From Candidatus Eiseniibacteriota bacterium (lineage in GTDB: Bacteria > Eisenbacteria > RBG-16-71-46 > CAIMUX01 > VGJL01), in contig CAWBWI010000001.1 of assembly GCA_963792585.1 (NCBI GenBank), positions 1 through 64,000 on the forward strand: a stretch of DNA of 64,000 nucleotides. Reading direction: 5' to 3'. The notes beneath the pieces were generated by a model that ran no database searches, was not told the origin of the DNA, and saw only the letters and a program-made list of their open reading frames with translations. Position numbers and translations under genes: made by a program. Shown piece by piece: positions 1 to 10,503 of this stretch; the first letter of the stretch is position 1, and every line of letters starts with the position of its first letter.

Positions 1-1086
1 GGCGGAACAATTTGATGAGCAATTCACCGACATCTTCACTGTCGAAGATCATATTTCAGAGCAGGTGACACGGGCGCTGCTACGGCAACTGAGCAGCACC
101 GAGCAACAACAACTCAGCCAGCGTTACACGCAAAATGCAGAAGCCTATCGGCTCTATCTGCAAGGCCGCTACTTCTGGAACAAACGCACAGAAGCCGCCT
201 TGCAAAAGGGTATTGCTTGCTTTCAGCAGGCGATTGCGATTGATCCTCATTTTGCGTTGGCCTGGCAGGCCTGGCCGATTCCGAACTGCTCGGAGCCAGT
301 TCATCGTCGCCGAAAGAAGCAATGCCGAAAGCAAAAGCGGCGGTCATCAAAGCTCTGGAGTTGGATGATGGCCTGGCTGAGGCGCACGCATCGCTGGCGC
401 GCATCAAGATGGCCTTCGACTGGGACTGGGTCGGTGCGGAGCGGGAATTCAAGCGCGCGCTCGAACTGAATCCGAACTCGCGACCGCACATCAATGGTAT
501 GCGAATTACTTACTGGCAGTAGGGCGAACGGAGGAGGCGATTGCCGAGATCACGCTGACTTGTGAGATGGAACCGTTCTCGCTGATTCTCAATTGTGCGC
601 GCGGCTGGGTGTGTTACATGGCGCACCAGTATGACCAAGCGGAGGAGCAGTATCGCCGGACGCTAGAGATGGAGCCGCATTTTGTCATGGCGCAACGCGA
701 GATCGCTGTGGTTTATGGGCAGCAAGGAAAGTATGAAGAAGCGCTCGCGGCCATTCGCCAGGCCGTCGGCCAGGGCGGGGAGAATCCCATTGTGCTGACT
801 GTTTTAGGACACATCCAGGCCACAGCAGGACAGCGGAAAGAAGCGCGCAAGGTGATCGCACAATTGCAAGCATGGCAACAACGCGCCTACCTCACGCCGC
901 AACTGATCGCGGTCATCCACGCCGCTTTAGGTGAGCGGGATCAAGCCATCGAAGGGTTGTGGCAGGCGTATGAAGATCATTCTTCCCCGGCTCATGTGGC
1001 TCAAGGTAGATCCGTGGGTTGACGGTCTGCGTGCTGATCCACGCTTTGCCGACTTGCTGCGGCAACTCGGGTTAGAGACAAAATAG
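1..1086 (+). CDS. TolB-like/TPR repeat protein, C-terminal part (5' partial, several frameshifts)
   Basis: Consecutive ORF pieces 65-469, 322-522 and 567-1022 give [33 protein letters not shown]...[18 protein letters not shown], and the terminal [26 protein letters not shown], typical of TolB-like/TPR tails. Stop TAG at 1084-1086. Confidence 0.8.
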
Positions 1087-1107
1087 TTGAGGCATTTTCT
1101 TCCTCTT

Positions 1108-1137
1108 CTGCAATATACCTATTCCCTCCACGTCGTC
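1108..1137 (+). promoter_or_regulatory. putative ECF-sigma promoter (CTGCAATAT-N17-CGTC)
   Basis: The same motif recurs at 2121-2150 and 2931-2959, each just upstream of a gene start. Confidence 0.55.
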
Positions 1138-1181
1138 CTTGCTTGTACAGCAAAACTAAACTGAAACAAGGAAGGAACCCC

Positions 1182-1568
1182 ATGACAGAAACTCGCAACG
1201 ATACCCCTGAGATGACGCGCCACTTGTTAGTTGGGGTTTGGGTGCCGATTGAAGGCAATCCCAACGAAACGGTGGAATATCGTGCGGACGGCGCAGTGCA
1301 AATGAAAATGTTCGGCGGGATGCTGAGTATGGATGGTGTGTGGCACTTCATCGCAAACGACACCATCGAAATCAACTGGGGCGTTTCCGTCGGCCCCGAA
1401 GCCGAACAGGTGATTGCATCAGTCAATGACCAATTGGCGCAGATGCCGGAGGCCCCGCAAATGCGCGTAGTGCAACGCAGCGTTCTGGCCATTCTGGTGA
1501 GTGAAACAGACCTGACAACCTTTCACCTGGAAAAAGCGCGTGTCGGACGTTTCCGCCGCGCTTCTTAG
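1182..1568 (+). CDS. hypothetical protein
   Basis: Open ORF with an AAGGAAGG RBS before ATG 1182. LLVGVW motif resembles small beta-barrel (lipocalin-like) proteins. Confidence 0.6.
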   Translation: MTETRNDTPEMTRHLLVGVWVPIEGNPNETVEYRADGAVQMKMFGGMLSMDGVWHFIANDTIEINWGVSVGPEAEQVIASVNDQLAQMPEAPQMRVVQRSVLAILVSETDLTTFHLEKARVGRFRRAS

Positions 1569-1619
1569 GGGAAGACTTTACAGTACGCCTTTCGCTTGCG
1601 CGTTAACCTGAATTTGAAG

Positions 1620-2053
1620 ATGTGGATGATTCTGCGAGACCTGTATTTGGGAGACGCGCGTGATGCTCGCGACCGCGATTTGTTGGCCGAATGCGGTATC
1701 ACGCACGTCTTGAATTGTGCGTATGACGTGCCGTGCTATCACGATGGCAGGTTCGAATATCTGCATCTGCCACTGGCTGATCCCGACCCTGAGTTTTCCG
1801 ATTGCATCCCTGACATCTGTGATTTTATCAGTGCTGGCCTGGAAGAAGGGGCAGTGCTGGTGCATTGCCGGATGGCACTGAGTCGCAGCCCGGCGGCGAT
1901 CCTTGCGCATCTGTGTCAGGTTGGGAATGACCTGAACAAGGCATTGAATTGCTGAGCGAAAGGGTCGGCAAAAAGGGGAAGTTCATCGCCCCTTCCGAAG
2001 TTTTTCTGGAGCAGTTGCGCGATTATTTTGCCTCGCCTGACCGCGCTCCGTGA
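1620..2053 (+). CDS. dual-specificity protein phosphatase (frameshift near 1950)
   Basis: LYLGDA, GITHVLNCA, catalytic loop VLVHCRMALSRS. Continues in another frame as FIAPSEVFLEQLRDYF to TGA 2053. Confidence 0.8.
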
Positions 2054-2120
2054 GCTTTTCTGATTTCTTTGCCCATGTTACCGGTGCAATGAAAAAACGG
2101 GCAAGATTTTTTTCAAGGGC

Positions 2121-2150
2121 CTGCAATATTCCCAGCGAATTTGCGCCGTC
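2121..2150 (+). promoter_or_regulatory. putative ECF-sigma promoter (CTGCAATAT-N17-CGTC)
   Basis: Second copy of the motif, upstream of ATG 2217. Confidence 0.55.
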
Positions 2151-2216
2151 CTCTACTGAATGGACGGGCGGACGGTTCGAGTAACCCATCATTGAAACCT
2201 CAAAGGAGATACGACA

Positions 2217-2896
2217 ATGGCAAAAACTACGCTCTTCAAACTCGTAACAGTAGCATTAACAATTATGCTGATTTCACCCGGTCAGCCTGAAATCGCTGGG
2301 GACACTTACCAATTTTCATACGCGGCGAATAGTAGCGGTCTCACTAGCCCTGTGACACAATCTGAACTGAATATAGTCGTGAGCAAAAGCAAAAGCGCAC
2401 TGGCGTTTTTGGATCAGTTGTGGGCAGAGGAATTCAGAAAAGCCAATCGGCCTTTCGCCAAGCCCGGCGGTTGTCGGTGATGCGGACGGGACAGGCGTTT
2501 TACAAATCGCAGGATCATACGATCTATCTTAAGCCCGGTTTCTTTGTCGAACGGATGCGCGCTGCCGCGGAACAAACGCGAACTGATGGCGATATGGCGT
2601 TCATTGTGATTCTCGCACATGAATATGGTCACAGTGTCCAACGGCAACTCAATCTGCTGGGCAACGATTGCCTGCGCGTGGAATTGCAAGCTGACCGCCT
2701 GGCTGGGGCGTTTACCGAAGCCGCGAATGAGAAGGGCTTGGTTGATCGAGGTGATTTTGATGAAGCGACATTCACGTTGTTCAGCGGGCGCGACGATACC
2801 GACAAATATTACCAATGCGCCCACGGCAGCGGCACACAACGAGTCGAAGCGTTCCACACCGGGCTGAAAGGCGGAGTACGCGCCGCACTTCAGTAA
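2217..2896 (+). CDS. secreted neutral zinc metallopeptidase, YpfJ-like (frameshift near 2470)
   Basis: N-terminal signal-like segment. ILAHEYGHSVQ, ELQADRLAG and HGSGTQRVEAF motifs. AAAGGAG RBS. Confidence 0.8.
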
Positions 2897-2930
2897 AGCA
2901 TAATGCCCGATGACCGATATTTTGGGGCCG

Positions 2931-2959
2931 CTGCAATATCCCGAGGCTTCGGCGTCGTC
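2931..2959 (+). promoter_or_regulatory. putative ECF-sigma promoter (CTGCAATAT-N16-CGTC)
   Basis: Third copy of the motif, upstream of AGGAGG and ATG 2995. Confidence 0.55.
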
Positions 2960-2994
2960 TCTATCTGTCGGGTAAGTACACAGGAGGAAAACTT

Positions 2995-3153
2995 ATGAAT
3001 GAACCAAGCGTTGTCAGAAAATTCTTCGCGGTTGTTTTTGGAGTCATGTTTGTCTGCCTGCTTATCGGATTGATCGCCACTCTCTTCGGCTTCGGTGATC
3101 TGGATGTTTCGGCAAATTGGAATCGGGTGTCTCATTACTGCGATAATCTCTAG
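2995..3153 (+). CDS. small membrane protein, 52 aa (not in ORF track)
   Basis: AGGAGG RBS, then MNEPSVVRKFFAVVFGVMFVCLLIGLIATLFGFGDLDVSANWNRVSHYCDNL with one hydrophobic helix. The C-terminus could be altered by a frameshift. Confidence 0.5.
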   Translation: MNEPSVVRKFFAVVFGVMFVCLLIGLIATLFGFGDLDVSANWNRVSHYCDNL

Positions 3154-3332
3154 AGATTGTTGAAGTCGTAAGATATGCGCCATCAGGTACGACTGGCATT
3201 GCATCTATCTTAGTTCAGGCGTAGTTCAGCAGGCCGCTTACTGTGATTTTGCGTTGGGGCTGTACGCCCCCGGCCTGCTTTCGCCGCCAAGCTGATAAGT
3301 GACGTTACTTTGTTTGAAAAGGAGAATTACTT

Positions 3333-5906
3333 ATGTTGAATCCGAAAGCTTACGAAAATTCACGTCCCGATGGATTCGGGGTTTTAGAAATTGTGGACGA
3401 AAAAGAACCGCGCCTATTTGTGCCACTCAAACGTACCGAACTCGGTGGCGAAGTGATGGGGCCATTGGCTTCACTCCGCTTGACGCAAATCTATGGCTAT
3501 TCGCGCGCGCAATGCGACAAAGTACTGGAGGCTGTCTATCGCTTTCCGCTGCCCGGCGATGCCGCGGTGACGAGCGTCGTCGTTTCGTTTGGCGAAGTGG
3601 AAATCATCGCCGAATTGAAAGAACGTAAGCAGGCCGAAGCCAGATTACGAAGCAGCGAAACAGGAAGGCCGACAAGCCGCGCTCGCTACGCGCGAAGCGC
3701 CCGATGTGTTCACGTTGCAGGTCGCTGGGATTCAGCCCGATCAGGATATAAAGGTCGTCACGTCTTACGTGCAACTCGCGCGTGTCGAAGGCGACAACTG
3801 GTCGCTGCGCATTCCGTTGACGACTGCACCGCGTTATGTGCGTAGCGATGAACTCACTTCACGGTATGCACAAGGGCAACCGCTCGCGTTATTGCGCGAT
3901 CCGGGGCATCGCTTCCGTCTTGATCTCAAGGTGAGTGGCGTCGAAACGGTCGCGAGCCGCACACATCAATTCAGCTTGACGCCGAGCGAAGATGGTATTC
4001 AAGTGCAGTTGCAGGACGGCGAAGTCATTCCTGATCGCGACTGTGTCTTGTCGTGGCAACCACGCAAGACGGCAGACCAAGCCTCGATGCAGGTTTGGCT
4101 GCACAATGACCAGAATCAACTTTATTTTCTCGCGCTTGTCACCCCGCCCGCGACGCGCACGCAACATCGCACGCCGCGCGAGGTCACATTGCTGGTGGAT
4201 CATTCCGGTTCGATGGAGGGCGCGAAATGGCAGGCGGCGGATTGGGCAGTTGAAAGTTTTCTGCTCGGACTAAAAGATCACGATGCGTTCGCGCTGGGGC
4301 TGTTTCACAACACGACGCGCTGGTTTGACAACGGGATGAAGCGCGCTGACGCCGCAACGGTCAATCAGGCGGTGCAGTTTCTGAAACAACACAAAGACAG
4401 CGGCGGCACGGAACTCGGCGTCGCGCTCGAACAGGCACTGTCGTTACACGCCTGAGCGGTGAACCCGCGCGGCACACGCTCATCATCACCGATGCCGAAG
4501 TCACCGACGAAGGCCGCATCCTACGCTTGGCGGACGAAGAATCGCAGCGCCACCATCGTCGTCGGGTTAGTGTGTTGTGCATTGATGCCGCGCCGAATTC
4601 GCATCTAGCGTTGGAACTCGCCGAACGTGGCGGCGGCATTGCCAAGTTTCTTACCAGCAATCCGGCGGAAGAAGACATCACCACCGCGCTCGATGAAGTC
4701 CTCGCTGATTGGGCCGACCCGTCTTGCCGAATCTACGCCTGGAAGTGAATCGGCCAAGCGCACAAGCCGCCGGACGTGACGTGCGCAAGGGCAGGGAAGC
4801 GGGATGGAGCGTGATTGATTTGGGCGATTTGCCCGCCGGACGTGCGGCCTGGGTTGTCGGGCGCGTTTCCGGCACGCAACCTCTGGCTTTCAACGTCAGA
4901 GCCTCAAACGACTGGGAAGTGGCTTCGTGTGAAGTAGACAGCAAGACCGATGCACACCCCGCGATCAAAGCCTTGTTTGGGGCGCGCAAAGTCTTGGGGT
5001 TGGAATTTCTGATGCACTCCCATTTCGGAGCAGCGGAACTGCGCGAGCGATTGCAGCGGATGGGATATGACGCGGATGCAGTGTTGACAAGCCCATCCAA
5101 TCAGCCCGCGAAAGTGTACGCCGAAAACGTGCGGGCAGATGCCAGCGCTGCCTTGCACGATTTGCTTGTGTCAGAAGCCTTGCAATATGGGCTGGCGTCT
5201 TCTGAAACGGCTTTTGTTGCGGTGCGCAAGGAAGCTGGCAAAGTGATTGAAGGCAGCGTTGTGATCGCCAATGCCTTGCCATCAGGCTGGGACGATCATT
5301 TTGGGAGTCCTCTCTATCGGGGGGCTGGTGGAATGCCTTCTATGCCGATGCTAACGATGGCTGCGATGCCGAGTCCCGCTCCTGCCAGAAGATCAAGGCC
5401 CACAGGAAGCAGTGGCGGAGCGTTTGGCAGTTTGAAGAGACTCTTTAAGTCTACTGCCGATGATTCATCCGATGCGGCTGTGTTTCAAGACATCGCTTCC
5501 TCCGGTAGCAGTGCCGATGAAATGGAAAGCAGTGCGCCGCCAGATCACGCCATCGCATTGTTTTCCGGGCATGCCACAATTCACAGGCGGCGAAGCGATA
5601 CTGTTTGATTCGAGTCATAACCAAACAATGTTGCCGGAACGCGGTACGATTACGGCGCTCATGGTCCAATTCACCGATGGAGCGCCAGCTAACATTGATG
5701 CTGGTCTAAGCCTCTTGTTGTTCGTGGATGATTTCTCGACGCCACGGGCACGCGTACGGCTGGCCGATCTAATGCGGCAAGGCGGCGTGCGGCCTGTGAA
5801 CTTGCAGAAGCTGCCGGGACAGGTTGTCCGCATCGTGCTGAGTGATCCAGCAGGCGTATGGACAGATGGCGCACCGAAGCTTAAAGTCGCACTGGTTTAC
5901 GACTGA
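3333..5906 (+). CDS. VIT and vWA domain protein (split by several frameshifts)
   Basis: VIT motif LEAVYRFPLPGDAAV. vWA MIDAS LLVDHSGSM, GGTELGVAL and IITDAEV. LASSETAFVAV. Pieces 3333-3845, 3706-4455, 4527-4748, 4709-5608 and 5460-5906. Confidence 0.8.
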
Positions 5907-5929
5907 TTGTCCGATGAAACAACTGATGC

Positions 5930-5966
5930 CTGATGCCAAAGGGAAGCAATTTTCCTTTGGCATCAG
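5930..5966 (+). terminator. hairpin after the VIT-vWA gene
   Basis: CTGATGCCAAAGG / CCTTTGGCATCAG perfect 13-bp inverted repeat. Confidence 0.55.
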
Positions 5967-6027
5967 CCGTCAGGTTTTCATGTTGGTTTATTCCCGCCTG
6001 CGCTTTTCCCACTCGCAAAAAAAATAA

Positions 6028-6250
6028 TAACTATTCAGCCCTCTTCGTCCCGGCGGGACGGTTGAGTTTAGGCAGGTCATTTATGGCCTGTTTGTGCGCA
6101 GGAAACATTGCGGTCGCGTCGCGTAGTGACGATTGAATCCGTCGGCTCAATTTCAATCGTCGCTACGCGACGCGGGAATCTCTTGGCTATCTCACGCAGG
6201 CCATAAATGACCTGCCTAAATTCAAATGCCGCTACGCGGCTGAATAGTTA
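6028..6250. repeat. nested palindromic REP/MITE-like element
   Basis: Terminal IR TAACTATTCAGCC/GGCTGAATAGTTA. Inner IRs 6062-6090/6197-6225 and 6115-6137/6152-6174. Confidence 0.75.
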
Positions 6251-6363
6251 CAAAAAATATTCTTTGCCTGCGCCTCTTGCCCGCACTTTTGCACATTGCT
6301 CCATGAGGAATATAGTATGCATCTGCTCGGAACAACGGCAACGAGCAGTCACAGGAAGCAACC

Positions 6364-7457
6364 ATGACAGGCAGCGCCTTTCAATCCCAGCTTGACCCCA
6401 TTCTGTTGCCCCTTTTGCACGCCACAGATGAACCAGCCATCCAGCAGGCGCAGGATGCGTTGATCCTGCAAGCGGATCGTGTCATCAAAGGAATTATCGG
6501 ACAGAAATTGCGTGTGTCCTTCAACCGCTTTGGCGAAGCGCACGGGGCCGATGCTGTGGATGCCGAAGGCGCACAAAATGTGTATGGCAGAGTGCATCTT
6601 CAATTGCTGAAAAAACTCGCGTTGCTGCGTGCTGATGCGCAACAACACAACATAGGCGATTGGCGCGGATTCGTGGCGAAGGTGGCGTATAACAAAGTCA
6701 GCGATTACTTGCGGGCCAAACATCCGCATCGTTACAGCCTCGAAAACAAAGTGCGCTTTCTCTTCGAGCATCAGTCTGGGTTCGCTACGTGGTATGACGA
6801 TGCTGCCGGACTGGTCTGCGGATACGCCGCCTGGCGGCAGCAAACGATTGAGCGCAGTTACAATCTTTCCCAATTACTGGATGATCCGCATTCTTTCGCC
6901 CGCGAAGCTTTGCCGAGCAAAGACCTGCAAAGCCTGCCGCTTCCCGATTTGGCGCAGGCGATCCTGCAATGGATTGGCTGTCCGCTCAAACTCGACAGCC
7001 TGATTCATATCATCGCTACGTTACCGAATGTTGAAGGAAGACCTACAGGTCTCCGCACGTCGCACCGGAAGAAGACGATGAAGAAGAACTGATTTTGCGC
7101 TTGCCTGATCCGCAGCCTGGGCAGGATCGCGTGTTGCTCGTGAAGCTCTTTCTGCAACAAATTCTGGATACAATAGCTGCGATGTCATTGCGGCATCGGT
7201 ATGCGTTGCTGCTGAACTTGCGCGATGAAAATGGCGGCAATGCGCTCGTGTTGTTTCCGCCCACCGGCATTGCGACGATTAGTCGGCTGGCGCAGATGTT
7301 GGAGATGTCGCCGCAACAATTGGCAGCCTTATGGCATCGGCTCCCGCTGCCGGATTTGGAGATTGCGCGTTTGCTGGATTGTGAACGCAGTCAGATTATC
7401 AGTTGTCGTAACAGCGTGCGGCGAGTGCTGGTCAAATTACGAAAGGATTTTGAGTGA
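6364..7457 (+). CDS. extended sigma-70/ECF-like RNA polymerase sigma factor (frameshift near 7050)
   Basis: Region-2-like FVAKVAYNKVSDYLR. Region-4-like MSLRHRYALLL...DLEIARLLDCERSQIISCRNSVRRVL. Directly upstream of an anti-sigma gene. Confidence 0.65.
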
Positions 7458-7631
7458 ACATTTATTCTTCGGCGCCGCTATATCGCCCTGCGTTTGACGG
7501 CTCATGAGGCGAGAGGCAGCGCCAAACTGGGGGAAGTAAACTATGCTTTCATTCATCACGACAAATATAGCAACAGCCATGAACATCTCTCTGGCTAACT
7601 TCTGGTGGCAGCAAAAATCGGGAGCATAGCT

Positions 7632-8739
7632 GTGACAGACCATCTTTCCGCACAACTGCTGGAACGCTATCAGCAACCGGACATTTCGCCGGAGGAATTG
7701 CTGACAATAGATCAGCATCTGGAAACCTGTGATGTCTGCCGCGAGCGTCTGCTCCATCTGCAACTGGCGTCGCTTCGCCCTCCAATGATTCCTGTACAAC
7801 TTGCTGCGCCCGCTCCGTCCCTGCGTGCCGCGAGCGCTTCCGCTGCTCGCGTTGAGGCCGATCATCTGACGTATGAACAAATGGCAGCTTTTGTGAAAGG
7901 GGAACTCAGCGTCGAGGAACATCGGCAAACAGAAGCGCATCTCAAACATTGTATCGAGTGTGCCTGGCAGGTTGGGCAGTTGCGTGAATTCGCCGCGACA
8001 ATCAACGCGCACAAAAGCTATCAACCGCCCGTTTCCGCGTGGGAAAAATTTCGGGCGCTCTGGCGCGCGCCACAAAGCGCCGAAGCCTTAAGCGCTCCCT
8101 TACCAGCCAGTCCTCGCGCTACAATGGCAATGCCTGTGCCGTCTGGTATGCCATCATCCCGACCGTCGTTCTTTCGCCGACCAATCTTGCAAGGCGCGGT
8201 TGCGTTCGCACTATTGCTGGTCGCAGCAACCATCGTGTGGCAACTGCGCAAACCCGCAACACAAGTTGTGCAGCAATTCCCCTCTGCCACGCCATCTTTA
8301 CAACCAACAGCGACACAAGAACCCAATCTCGGCAGCCCGCCCGCGACAACGCCACCGAGCGAGAGAACAACGCCTGCGCCTCGCACTGATACACCATCCA
8401 TATTTGCGATGACGCTCGCGCCGCTGCGTGCCAGAGGCAGTGCGGGTAGAGCAGGTAGCTTCAATCTTCCTGCCACGACGACGGACGTGAAGGTTACGTT
8501 GACGGAGATTGTCAAAGCGGATGCGGATGGCAATCCATATCAACGCTACGTCGTTGCACTTGACCAACAAGCGCGGAAATTGAAAACCAATGTGATCGCA
8601 GGCGGCAAGGTGGATTGGACCTTTCCGGCGGGTGTCGCTCAGCAATGGCCGACACAAGCTAACCCTGTACGGCATCACCAAAGATGGCACGGAAGAAGCT
8701 CTGCGGGAATATCCATTCAGCATTACCGGAAAGAAGTAA
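7632..8739 (+). CDS. anti-sigma factor with two zf-HC2 fingers and a TM helix (frameshift near 8635)
   Basis: HL...HLETCDVC and HL...HLKHCIEC. TM segment GAVAFALLLVAATIVW. Pro/Thr linker. C-terminus LSNGRHKLTLYG...YPFSITGKK* in the shifted frame. Confidence 0.75.
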
Positions 8740-8743
8740 AACT

Positions 8744-9353
8744 GTGCATTGTAGATTTCATCAGTTTACGTGGTTGCTGCTGTGCTTGCTGCTCGCGCTG
8801 TGTGGTGCTGCCGTGGGGAAGACGCAAGGGAATCGTCCGCCTGTAATCACGCGGCCTCGGCTCGTCGTCCAGCTTGGGCATCCCGGTGGTGTCACGGCTG
8901 TGACTGTTTCTCAGGATGGTCGGTTTGTTTTGACGGGTGGCGCAGACAATACGGCTTGTTTATGGGACAACGCTTCCGGCAGAGAGTTGGTGCGCTTCAG
9001 CGGACATCAGTATCCGGTTAACTCCGTCGCGTTCCTGCGCAACGACCGCGAAGTGATGACGGCGAGCGCCGATCACACAGTTCGCTTTCACGATGCGATG
9101 ACCGGAAAGACATTGCGGCACATTGTGGAGACGGCGGGCAATCGGGCTGTGCTCTCGCCAGACGAGCGGTACATCCTGACTTTCGGCTCAAGCGTGACGT
9201 TGTGGGATGTGGTTACAGGACAGCGGTTGCGGCAATTTGTAGGGCATATCTATTCGGTCGAGTTTGCCGCTTTTTCTGCGGACAGCCAGCGCCTGCTGAC
9301 CGGGCGGCAGTCTGGATCGTAGCGTGCGCCTGTGGGAAGTCGAAACGGGCAAG
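8744..9353 (+). CDS. secreted WD40-repeat protein, truncated at the segment junction
   Basis: Signal peptide, then GH...LTGGADNTACLWD, GHQYPVNSVAF...TASADHTVRF, GHIYSVEFAAFS and VRLWEVETGK. WD40 similarity stops abruptly after this. Confidence 0.85.
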
Positions 9354-10494
9354 CCAGAATCTGCCCTCCGAGATGGAAGTCGTCGCCAGTTCTTCCATGG
9401 GCGATCGCGCCCAGAAGCTCCTCGACGACGCCAAGGCGGTCGATTCCCAGGGCAAGCCGATCAAGTTCGATTTCAGCAACGTCAAGGTGATCACGAGCGG
9501 AAAGTCGAGCGTCCTGGTCATCTCCTACTCGGGCGTCGACAAGACCGAGGCGCGGGAGGCGTTGCGCGCGCTGACGCGCGCGTACATCGACTCCCGAAGC
9601 ATCGAGCGGACGCTTCCGATCGTCGATGGTTTCTTCCAGGAGCAGCTCGAGGCGCTTCGCGACCAGCTTTCCCAGTGGGAGCAGAGACGTGCGGATTTCA
9701 TGGTCGATGAGGGGATCGTCTCGATCCCGACGCAGCGCGAGAGCCTGATCCGCGAGAAGGAAGGCGCGTCGTCTTCCCTCATGAGGGCGAAGGTCGCTCT
9801 CGCCGACTACGCAGCGCGGCTCGAGGCCGTCAAGAGCCTGCAGCAGGAGAAGCGGCTCAACCCGGAGATCGAGATCTTCGGGCTCGGCGATGCCGAGTTC
9901 AACGACGAGGAACTTCTCTTCAATCTCCGCAAGGAGGTCGCCGCCCAGCAGGCAACCTATTTCCAGAAGAGGGGGACGTTCACGGACGATCACCCCGACG
10001 TCAAAGCGGCCAAGGACGTTCTCGAGAGCCTCCAGGCGCAGCTCGATATCGAGTTGGATAGTTACGTGAAGTTCCTGGAAGCCCGGCTCGACGTCGCACG
10101 GGCGCGCTCCAACTCGCTCGAGACCGCGATCCGCGGCATCGAGGAGGAGCTCGTGGGCCTGCCGGACAAAGAGGCCCGCCTGGGGCAGTACGACCGGATC
10201 CTCGATGCGATGCGCACCGACTACACCACGATGGTCCAGCGGCAGATCTCTGCGAAGGCGGAGACGGCCGGACGGCCGGAGTGGCGCGTGATTCTCTTGC
10301 AGCCCGCCTCCGCCGCGGTGCGACAGCGCACGCGGGATTATATCCGCCTGGCCCTGGTGCCGCTCTTCTCGCTCTTGATCGGGCTCGCACTGGCGTTCCT
10401 GGTCGACGGCCTGGACCACACGATCAAGGATGCGACCGACGCGGAGACGAATCTCGGGGCTCCAGTCCTCGGCTCCCTGTCGAAGACCCACTAG
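9354..10494 (+). CDS. polysaccharide chain-length determinant (Wzz/GumC-like), 5' truncated
   Basis: Coiled coil, FTDDHPDVKA, C-terminal TM and LAFLVDGLDHTIKDATDAETNLGAPVLGSL. Confidence 0.8.
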
Positions 10495-10503
10495 GAGTCT
10501 CCG

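Noticed and set aside
9202..10494. Apparent single 430-aa protein spanning the junction
   Set aside because: The N-terminal part is an off-frame read of the WD40 gene, and the join is probably artefactual.
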